A stretch of DNA of 64,000 nt from NCBI GenBank assembly GCA_043765195.1, contig JAYUJN010000040.1, positions 22,734-86,733 of the forward strand, given 5' to 3'. Every line of letters begins with the position of its first letter. Position 1 is the stretch's first letter. Made by a program: the position numbers and the translations under genes. The stretch is from Bacteroidota bacterium (GTDB taxonomy: Bacteria > Bacteroidota > Bacteroidia > UBA7662 > JAYUJN01). The notes under the pieces are model-generated. The model saw nothing but the letters and a program-made list of their open reading frames with translations, made no database searches and was not told where the DNA came from. This document shows, in pieces, positions 1-7,879 of this stretch.

Positions 1-64
1 TTATTGGTGTTTTTGTAACATTTATACCCAAAAATTTGTTTGTTTTTTACTTACACCCACCACC

Positions 65-1153
65 ATGCAAAACGAACACCTTGACCTAAAAAACGATTGG
101 TTGCAGGCAAATAACACGCCTTACATCATAGCCGGACCTTGCAGTGCCGAGACCGAGGAGCAGGTTTGGAGTACCATCACTGGCATGAAAGACCTGAACA
201 TCAATGCGATACGAGCTGGTATTTGGAAGCCTCGCACACGCCCAGGCGGCTTTGAGGGTGTGGGCGAAGTGGGGCTAAAATGGCTTGTGGAAGCCGCCGC
301 CCACATCAAAAAACCGACGATGGTAGAAATAGCCACGCCCCAACACCTCGAAATAGCCCTAAAAGCAGGCGTGGACATGGTTTGGATTGGCGCACGCACG
401 ACGGTAAATCCTTTTTCGGTGCAAGCCATAGCCGATGCGCTGCGAGGCACAAACATAGCTGTACTGGTAAAAAACCCCGTGAACCCCGACCTAAACCTGT
501 GGATAGGTGCGCTGGAACGGGTAAATAGGGCTGGAATTACGCAAATTGCCGCCATTCACCGTGGGTTTAGCAGCAATACAAAAACGATTTATAGAAACGA
601 ACCCAACTGGGAAATAGCGATAGAACTCAAAACCCGTTTTCCGAACCTGCCCCTAATCTGCGACCCGAGCCACATTTGTGGGCGCACCGACCTACTGCTC
701 GAAACCGCCCAGCACGCCTACAACCTGAACTACCAAGGCGTGATGATAGAAACCCACTGCGACCCCAAAAACGCTTGGAGCGATGCCCAGCAGCAGGTTA
801 CACCCACCGAACTGGCGCAAATACTAACGGCTCTGCACCAGCGGAAACCAGACAATACGAACCAAAAAACCGACGAAATGCTCCAACATTTTAGGTCGGA
901 AATAGACGTGATAGACCAAGAACTGGTGAACCTCATAGCCCGAAGGCTGAACGTGGTACACAACATAGGCACGCACAAAAAACTGCACAACATCGCCATT
1001 TTGCAGCCCGAGCGCTGGACGAAGGTTTTTAAAGACCGCCTCACGCAATCCAACGAACTAAAAATAGACGAAAGTTTTGTGAAGCATTTTTTTAAAATGA
1101 TACACCATCAAAGTATCGAGCTGCAAACCAAAATATTTAACAATGGTAGATAA
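65..1153 (+). CDS. bifunctional 3-deoxy-7-phosphoheptulonate (DAHP) synthase / chorismate mutase
   Basis: N-terminal ~270 aa have type I-beta DAHP/KDO8P-synthase motifs (IIAGPCS, KPRT, GARTT, CDPSH). The C-terminal ~90 aa form an AroQ-type chorismate mutase helix bundle (RSEIDVIDQELVNLIARR). This fusion is typical of Bacteroidota. Confidence 0.85.
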   Translation: MQNEHLDLKNDWLQANNTPYIIAGPCSAETEEQVWSTITGMKDLNINAIRAGIWKPRTRPGGFEGVGEVGLKWLVEAAAHIKKPTMVEIATPQHLEIALKAGVDMVWIGARTTVNPFSVQAIADALRGTNIAVLVKNPVNPDLNLWIGALERVNRAGITQIAAIHRGFSSNTKTIYRNEPNWEIAIELKTRFPNLPLICDPSHICGRTDLLLETAQHAYNLNYQGVMIETHCDPKNAWSDAQQQVTPTELAQILTALHQRKPDNTNQKTDEMLQHFRSEIDVIDQELVNLIARRLNVVHNIGTHKKLHNIAILQPERWTKVFKDRLTQSNELKIDESFVKHFFKMIHHQSIELQTKIFNNGR

Positions 1154-2189
1154 TATTTTATTCGTAAAAAACGAAGCAGCATTCGGCGAAAAACTGGCAG
1201 AAATAATAAAAATACACGACCCCAAAACCCAGTTTTTTGTACTCGTGGACTCAAATACAAAAAAACATTGCTACCCAATTGTTAAGCCATTTTTGCCAAA
1301 AAACAGCTACGCAATTACCATAAAAGCAGGCGAAAAGCACAAAAATTTAGACACCGTTCAGCACATTTGGAGCGAGCTAATACGCAAAAATGCCGACCAA
1401 CACGCCGTTTTAATCGTTTTGGGCGGCGGCACAGTGAGCGACGTAGGTGCGCTGGCGGCATCGCTGTACAAGCGAGGCATTAAATTTATAAACATTCCTA
1501 CCACCAATTTGGCTATGACCGATGCGGCAATGGGCGGAAAAACAGCCGTGAATTTTGGTGGTTTTAAAAACACAATTGGCAATTTTTCAGAACCAGAGAA
1601 AATCGTCATTTTTACCCAGTTTTTGAGTACATTGCCAAAAAAACAACTGCTCAATGGCTTTGCCGAAACCATAAAACACGCACTTATTGCCGACGAAAAT
1701 TTGTTTGAAACGCTGCAAAACACCAATATTTTTACCGAAAACGACTACATTCAAGCCTCCGCTCACATTAAGCAAGCGGTTGTAAAACAAGATTATTACG
1801 AAAAAAACATACGCAAAACCCTCAATTATGGGCATACCATTGGTCATGCCGTGGAGGGTTATTTTTTGAGTACAAAAACGCCCTTGCTACACGGCGAAGC
1901 AGTGGCGATGGGTATGGTTGTAGAAAATTTTTTGGCAGTAGAAATCGGTATTTTAAGCCAAAAAAATGCCAATACCGCCAATGATTTTATTTATAGCCAC
2001 TATAAAAATGATTTTAGACCAATAAACCACGAATTAATAAAAAAATATTTAAAACAAGACAAAAAAAACAAAAACAAAATAATTTATTTTAGTTTAATAA
2101 CTAAAATAGGTACATCTGTTTACAACCAAACAGCTACCGAAGCCCAGCTCCAAACCGCACTAAGCAAATACAATGCAGCCTATACCTAA
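1143..2189 (+). CDS. aroB: 3-dehydroquinate synthase
   Basis: GGGTVSDVGALAAS glycine-rich NAD loop and a metal-binding HGEAVAMG motif. The start overlaps the upstream stop by 11 nt, suggesting translational coupling. Confidence 0.9.
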   Translation: MVDNILFVKNEAAFGEKLAEIIKIHDPKTQFFVLVDSNTKKHCYPIVKPFLPKNSYAITIKAGEKHKNLDTVQHIWSELIRKNADQHAVLIVLGGGTVSDVGALAASLYKRGIKFINIPTTNLAMTDAAMGGKTAVNFGGFKNTIGNFSEPEKIVIFTQFLSTLPKKQLLNGFAETIKHALIADENLFETLQNTNIFTENDYIQASAHIKQAVVKQDYYEKNIRKTLNYGHTIGHAVEGYFLSTKTPLLHGEAVAMGMVVENFLAVEIGILSQKNANTANDFIYSHYKNDFRPINHELIKKYLKQDKKNKNKIIYFSLITKIGTSVYNQTATEAQLQTALSKYNAAYT

Positions 2190-3384
2190 GCCCAAAACAA
2201 TAACATTGCCTACCTCCAAAAGTGAGTGCAACAGGTATTTGATTGTCAATGCTTTGTGTGGAAATAAAACGGAGATAGAACAAGTTTCAGAGGCAAATGA
2301 TACCCAAGTTTTAAAAAACATTTTAGACAATTTAGCGCCCAATCAAACCATCGATTGCCAAGACGCTGGCACGGTTGCGAGGTTTCTTACGGCTTTTTTG
2401 GCGGTGCAGCAGGGCAGCTTTACGCTTGTGGGCAGCCCCCGCCTGCAACAGCGCCCCATCGGCATTTTGGTAGATGCGCTCAATTATTTGGGTGCAGAAA
2501 TAACCTATTTGGGGCAAAACGGCTGCCTGCCCTTGCATATAAAAGGTAAAAATTTGCGCCAGTTCCGCCTAAAAATAGACGCATCTATAAGCTCGCAATA
2601 CATATCGGCACTGATGATGCTCGCACCTACGCTCGAGCAAGGGCTGGAAATAAATTTGTTAAAAAAAGTAAGCTCTGAGCCGTACATTAGGCTGACGGCG
2701 CACTGTTTAAAGGCATTTGGAATAGACGTATTGCTCAAAGAAACAAAAATTACAATAAAAAACCAAGCATTTTCGCCACCCAAAACCATCACACCCGAGG
2801 GCGATTGGTCGGCTGCAAGCTATTGGTATGGGCTAGTAGGCTTGGGTTTTGTGCCTGAATTAATGATACAAAACCTATCCAACAATGGGTTTCAGGGCGA
2901 TGCCATTTTACCCGAAATATTTGGCGATTTGGGTGTAAAAACAACTTATTTACCCGAAAAAAACGGCATTTTACTGACCAAAATCCCCATAAAATACAGC
3001 GTTTTTTGTTATGATTTTACGCCCTGCCCCGACCTTGCGCCCACACTCATGAGCTACTGCGCTGCACAGGGCATCGAGGCTAAGTTCGATGGGTTAGAGA
3101 GCCTGTTTATAAAAGAAAGCGACCGAGTACGGGCTATGGAAACCGAATTAACTAAATTTGGCATAAAAATGCGCTTAGAAAACTCGGTTTTATACATAAA
3201 CGGCGACCAAAAGTTGGTGAGCAACCAAAAAACAATTGAAGTTGGTACGCACCACGACCACCGAATCGCCATGGCGATGGCGTTGTGGCTGGCAAAAGGC
3301 TACAAAATTTTGTTTGAGGACAAAACAGTGGTAGCGAAATCCTACCCTAATTTTTGGGAACACTTACTATATGCGCAGCAATAA
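2173..3384 (+). CDS. aroA: 3-phosphoshikimate 1-carboxyvinyltransferase (EPSP synthase)
   Basis: LPTSKSECNRYLIVNAL N-terminus, ARFL and HHDHRIAMA motifs characteristic of EPSP synthase. Overlaps aroB by 17 nt. Confidence 0.9.
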   Translation: MQPIPKPKTITLPTSKSECNRYLIVNALCGNKTEIEQVSEANDTQVLKNILDNLAPNQTIDCQDAGTVARFLTAFLAVQQGSFTLVGSPRLQQRPIGILVDALNYLGAEITYLGQNGCLPLHIKGKNLRQFRLKIDASISSQYISALMMLAPTLEQGLEINLLKKVSSEPYIRLTAHCLKAFGIDVLLKETKITIKNQAFSPPKTITPEGDWSAASYWYGLVGLGFVPELMIQNLSNNGFQGDAILPEIFGDLGVKTTYLPEKNGILLTKIPIKYSVFCYDFTPCPDLAPTLMSYCAAQGIEAKFDGLESLFIKESDRVRAMETELTKFGIKMRLENSVLYINGDQKLVSNQKTIEVGTHHDHRIAMAMALWLAKGYKILFEDKTVVAKSYPNFWEHLLYAQQ

Positions 3385-3452
3385 ATTAATTGCATTGATT
3401 TGTGCCAAAAAAATGGTTACTTTGCAGTCGCTAATATTTATTTTTACCAAGA

Positions 3453-4172
3453 ATGTCGTTAAAAAATACCATTTTAAAAAAACACGCCCAGCACCGCTAC
3501 CCACAGTATTTGTTTGGTAAGGCGGCGCAAGACATCGCCACAACGCACAAAACGCAGTTTAAATTGAGGGAAATAAAGATTTTAGATGCTCCCTGCGGCA
3601 CGGGCGAAACCACCTACCACCTGGCGCAGGTGAATGGCAGCACCGTAACGGGCATAGATGCGTGGGAGCCTTACTTGGCGCAGGCAAATAGCGATTTTGG
3701 GGCTGCACCCAATGTTTATTTTTATAAACAAGATATTTTTGAACACCTAAAAACTTTTGTTGGTTTTTATGACGTGATAAACATCATAAATTCGTTATTT
3801 TTGTTTAAAGAAGCCGAAAAACTCTTAATGATTGCAAAGAAAAGCCTGACTGAAAACGGAAAATTGGTGGTAATAATACCAAATACAGAAAGCCAGAATT
3901 TTTTGGACTTTCAAAAAAACGATGCCAACAAAACCAATAAATCTGTTTATACCCGAGAGCAAATTGTGGTTTTGTTTGAGAAGTGTGGCTTTGAAATCGC
4001 TCATTTACAAGGACTTGCCTATACCTCGCACGTGGTGGGTACGCCTTTTCAGCAAAAACTATCGATAGCAAAAGATTATTTTTTGCTGGTGAAAGATGCG
4101 CTACAAAAAACCAAAGGCACTCGCCCACCGAGTTATTGGTTGTTTGTGCTTACCCAAAACAATAAAAAATAA
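3453..4172 (+). CDS. class I SAM-dependent methyltransferase
   Basis: Motif I ILDAPCGTGETT followed by an acidic residue after beta-2 (TGIDAWE). No specific substrate is inferable. Confidence 0.7.
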   Translation: MSLKNTILKKHAQHRYPQYLFGKAAQDIATTHKTQFKLREIKILDAPCGTGETTYHLAQVNGSTVTGIDAWEPYLAQANSDFGAAPNVYFYKQDIFEHLKTFVGFYDVINIINSLFLFKEAEKLLMIAKKSLTENGKLVVIIPNTESQNFLDFQKNDANKTNKSVYTREQIVVLFEKCGFEIAHLQGLAYTSHVVGTPFQQKLSIAKDYFLLVKDALQKTKGTRPPSYWLFVLTQNNKK

Positions 4173-4290
4173 GCCTTAAATAAATGTTTTAAAGAGCCGC
4201 TACCCAACTTTTTGTTTTTTCTTCTCGTTTGGTATCATAACGAGTGCATACATATTTGTACCGTTAGGTTTTAAGGTTAGGTTAATGAGA

Positions 4291-4316
4291 AGCCCCACGC
4301 AGTGGGGCTTTTATGT
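4291..4316 (+). terminator. rho-independent terminator
   Basis: GC-rich hairpin agccccac-gc-agtggggct followed by a T-run. Lies 3' of the methyltransferase gene, within the conserved element 4247-4316. Confidence 0.6.
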
Positions 4317-4493
4317 TTTGGGAGTTTTATACGTTTTTTTGTTTGGGAAATAAAAAATATTTTGCGCCATTGTGGGAAAATGGCGTTTTTGGGTTGGTCG
4401 TTTGCAGCGGGAGAGACGCGATTAATTGCGTCTGTACGTAATTCGTTCGGAAAATTGCGTAGTCTGTGCGTTATTTTGGTGGAAATATGATAT

Positions 4494-4762
4494 GAGACAA
4501 GGCAGTGCCTTGTCTCTACAAATAACAACGACAATGTAGAGACAAGGCACTGCCTTGTCTCCGCAACCGTGCCTTGCCTCTACAAATAACAAAAAAAATA
4601 AACGAAATATCGTACAGACCTTGCAATGCAACGTCTGTACGGAATTATGGTAAAATGCAATGGCTGGCGTGAGACGTTCTAATAGAACGTCTCTACAATT
4701 TTGAAATAATAACAAAAAAAATAAACAAAATATCGTACAGACGTTGCAATGCAACGTCTGTG
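4494..4762. repeat. cluster of five 23-25 bp perfect palindromes with shared flanks
   Basis: Palindromes at 4494-4516 and 4539-4561 (gagacaaggca-N-tgccttgtctc), 4614-4638 and 4737-4761 (acagacgttgca-a-tgcaacgtctgt; the first copy has one mismatch), and 4671-4693 (gagacgttcta-a-tagaacgtctc). Each is followed by tacaa(a)taacaa. A ~65-bp direct repeat is also present (4580-4639 vs 4692-4762). Confidence 0.8.
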
Positions 4763-4893
4763 TGAAATTGTGATGGAAAATATTGCAACACTTCTGGCAA
4801 AATTATTGTTTATATGCCATGCCACCCAACCCTTGTAGGTATTCCCTCGTAATAAAAACAGAAAATAGCCTTATTACCGAACCTAACTAAACT

Positions 4894-5466
4894 TTGCAAA
4901 ACCCAACAGATGATATCATTTTAGGCTGCATTAACCAACAAAGACGTGCGCAAAACACACTCTACAACCAGTTTCACTCGGTTTTATTAAGTGTGTGCTA
5001 CCGCTATGTGCGCTCCGAAGACGAAGCTGTAGCCTTGATGAACTTGGGTTTTCTCAAAATTTTGAACAATATGGAACGCTACAATACCGAGCTATCGTTT
5101 GTGGCTTGGGCAAAAAGGATAGTGATAAACACAATAATAGACGAATTTCGCAAAAATAAAAACCACAGAGAGCAAATAAAATACCAAGAATTTGAGGATT
5201 TTCACGACTATGCTGGCTTGGTGGACTTTAATTTTGCGGACAAAAACATAGATGCGGAGCAAATTCACGGCTTTATAAACCAACTGCCAAACATAAGCAA
5301 ACAGGTGTTTAACCTAAGCGTGATAGACGGCTACACGCACATAGAAATAGGCAAAATGCTGGGCATTGCCGAAGGAACATCAAAATGGCACTTATCTTTT
5401 GCAAGGAAATTTTTAATAGAAAAAATAAATAAGTTAAACGATAACTTAAAAACAAAAACGGCATAA
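4894..5466 (+). CDS. RNA polymerase ECF-type sigma-70 factor
   Basis: Region 2 (YRYVRSEDEAVALMNLGFLKILNN...FVAWAKRIVINTIIDEFRK) and region 4 HTH (SKQVFNLSVIDGYTHIEIGKMLGIAEGTSK). Confidence 0.85.
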   Translation: MQNPTDDIILGCINQQRRAQNTLYNQFHSVLLSVCYRYVRSEDEAVALMNLGFLKILNNMERYNTELSFVAWAKRIVINTIIDEFRKNKNHREQIKYQEFEDFHDYAGLVDFNFADKNIDAEQIHGFINQLPNISKQVFNLSVIDGYTHIEIGKMLGIAEGTSKWHLSFARKFLIEKINKLNDNLKTKTA

Positions 5467-5470
5467 TACA

Positions 5471-6670
5471 ATGAATAATTTTGAAAATATAGACGACTTT
5501 TTGAGGCACAAACTAAGCCAAAGCCAGATTGAGCAAAAAGCCTGGCACTGGGAAGCCGCAGAAAAACTAATAGACAACCAAGAGCGAAAAAAACGCCTCG
5601 GCTGGTGGGTACTTACCGTAGCCCTACCCCTCATGCTCGCCCTGCCCCTACTCACGGGCAACAGCTACGCAAGCAAACAAACAGCACGCTACACCCAAAA
5701 CACAGCCAAACTAAGTGGCTTGGCGCAAGGTAAAATTTTGTACAAAGCACTAACCCAAAAATATAAAAACTCAAAAACACAAAACACAAATATCGTAGAA
5801 AGCGAAACAAAAGACCAATATTTGGGTTTAAATGGGGTAAAAACACCCAGCTTCGCCGAGGCATTTGCACAAAAAACGACTTTAAACAACCAAAACAACG
5901 CAACCACCAACGCCAACGATTTGGTAAATTTAGAGCGCAACGGGCTTTTAACCGCAATGAAAAAATTTGCCCCAAAAGCCATAGAAAACACCACCGAAAC
6001 AGCAAACATTGCCACGGCTACCTTGGCACAAAACACGCCCATTTTACCAAAAATAAATACCAGAAACTCAGCCATAAGCCACCAATTGCTGGCAGAAGTG
6101 GGCAGCAACTACTGGCGCAAAACACTGGCTATAAACGAAATAGACACCACCAACCGCCAACACATTGCGCCGCACATTGCCCTGAAATACAACCTAAAAA
6201 TAAACAAAATAATACTAAGCACGGGCGTGGGCTACACCACCCAAAGCCTGCACGAGCCTACCCAAACCGCCAACCAAACAAACTATGGCTTTGGTTTTAC
6301 GCAAAACAGCTACCAAATTAAAAATACGAAGCAGCACCAACTGACCATACCGATTTTGATAGGCTACGAAATACTGCCAAAACACCAAATTATGGCTGGT
6401 ATGAGTGTGCAAAAAACGCTGGTTTCGAAGTATGAAGTGGCGCAAAACCAGCTAAACAGCCTCGCTGGCTTGGGTAGCACCACCCAAACCAACGAATACC
6501 TAAGCACCAGCAGCCCGAGCATTGGCGCAAACAAAACCCAAATGGCGGGCATGGCACGCTACCAAGTGCAAGCCACGCAGCGTTTGGCGGCTTATATAGA
6601 GTACCAAAAATCGTTTGGAAAACCAACGCAAGCCATCGGCGGCGGCGTACAATTTTTTATAAACAAATAA
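5471..6670 (+). CDS. putative anti-sigma factor-like membrane protein with a C-terminal beta-barrel-like domain
   Basis: Starts 5 nt after the sigma-factor stop. A 40-aa N-terminal segment is followed by a single hydrophobic helix (LGWWVLTVALPLMLALPLL). The C-terminal ~170 aa show alternating-hydrophobic strands and end in FFINK, consistent with an outer-membrane barrel. Paralogous to 30548-32068. Confidence 0.4.
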   Translation: MNNFENIDDFLRHKLSQSQIEQKAWHWEAAEKLIDNQERKKRLGWWVLTVALPLMLALPLLTGNSYASKQTARYTQNTAKLSGLAQGKILYKALTQKYKNSKTQNTNIVESETKDQYLGLNGVKTPSFAEAFAQKTTLNNQNNATTNANDLVNLERNGLLTAMKKFAPKAIENTTETANIATATLAQNTPILPKINTRNSAISHQLLAEVGSNYWRKTLAINEIDTTNRQHIAPHIALKYNLKINKIILSTGVGYTTQSLHEPTQTANQTNYGFGFTQNSYQIKNTKQHQLTIPILIGYEILPKHQIMAGMSVQKTLVSKYEVAQNQLNSLAGLGSTTQTNEYLSTSSPSIGANKTQMAGMARYQVQATQRLAAYIEYQKSFGKPTQAIGGGVQFFINK

Positions 6671-6675
6671 TATTT

Positions 6676-7866
6676 ATGTACAATCCATCAGAAAAATACG
6701 AGAAAAAAGCAAAAAATGTGTTCAAAAACCCAGCTATGGCACTCTTTTGCGCCGTAATAGGCACTTTTTTTCTTTGTAATTGCAGCCACGAGCTTCCCGA
6801 TAGCGACGAAGGCACGCCCGTTTTTACTGCCAACGGAATGCTAAACAACAATACCCTGAACATAGAAGCAGGCAGAAACGGCTACTATTTATACACCCAA
6901 AAAACCTTGGGCGCAGACAGCATATACAGTTTTGTGGGCAGTTTTAAGCGCACCAACGCCGACAGCAGCCACGGCATTTTGCGCATAGAACTAAGGGATT
7001 ATAAAAAAAGAACGCCCAACGAACCCATTGACATAGAAAAGGCAAGCGAGCCAAAAATGTACTATTTTCGCAACAGCAACTCCGCCACAGCCAACGGTAG
7101 CCTGCTAAAATTTATTGCAGAACCCATGGGCGTGCCGCCGTTTAGCTACGCCTGGAACTTTGGCGACGGGCAAACCTCCACCGATGCCAACACCACCCAC
7201 CGATTTACGTACTCGGGCAACCACCAAGTGCAGCTTGTGGTGCGTGATGCCCAAAACAGGGTGCAAAACCTGAGCAATCCCATTTATGTGCCGCCCACGT
7301 ACAACGTGTGCAGCGGAAATTTTTCGCACAACCGCACCAACGACCGCACCTTTGATTTTGAGGCAATGCCCACGCCCGACATGATTTGCACAAACATAAG
7401 GTGGGATTTGGGCGACGGCAATAGTGTGGTAAACAACCAATATTTTACGCAGCACACCTACCAAAAAGAAGGCGTTTATTACGTAACCATGACCATGACT
7501 TTGCGAAACCCAGCCGACAGCACGGCTGCGCCCTGCCTCGTTTCTGTATCAAAAAAGGTGGTAACCGCCAGCGTAAATGCCGCAGGTTTGGGCTTTAATT
7601 ATGTGAGCGGCTACGCCCCCACCAATCAAAATTTATCTACAATCGCCATTTATTACACCGACCAAAATGGCGAAACGTACAGCAGCGTCATGGGTTTGCA
7701 GCCGCAATGGAGCAACTTTACCATAGAAAAAACCGAGGGCTATCGGATAAACGAAAACGGCAAAGCCACCCAAAAAATAAAGGCAAATACCAATTGTAGG
7801 CTCTTTGGAGACAATGGGTACATAGATTTTAAAAACGCCGAACTAAACTTTGGCGTGGCGTACTAA
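6676..7866 (+). CDS. PKD domain-containing lipoprotein
   Basis: Lipoprotein-type signal with a lipobox Cys (FFLCNCS). Two PKD-like repeats (WNFGDGQTS...HRFTYSGNHQVQLVV and WDLGDGNSV...HTYQKEGVYYVTMT). Confidence 0.6.
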   Translation: MYNPSEKYEKKAKNVFKNPAMALFCAVIGTFFLCNCSHELPDSDEGTPVFTANGMLNNNTLNIEAGRNGYYLYTQKTLGADSIYSFVGSFKRTNADSSHGILRIELRDYKKRTPNEPIDIEKASEPKMYYFRNSNSATANGSLLKFIAEPMGVPPFSYAWNFGDGQTSTDANTTHRFTYSGNHQVQLVVRDAQNRVQNLSNPIYVPPTYNVCSGNFSHNRTNDRTFDFEAMPTPDMICTNIRWDLGDGNSVVNNQYFTQHTYQKEGVYYVTMTMTLRNPADSTAAPCLVSVSKKVVTASVNAAGLGFNYVSGYAPTNQNLSTIAIYYTDQNGETYSSVMGLQPQWSNFTIEKTEGYRINENGKATQKIKANTNCRLFGDNGYIDFKNAELNFGVAY

Positions 7867-7879
7867 ACCCAAACGCAAC

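Noticed and set aside
4494-4762. Possible CRISPR array
   Set aside because: The repeats are self-palindromic elements of three different sequences at irregular spacing, not a single direct repeat separated by unique spacers of constant length. No cas genes are nearby.
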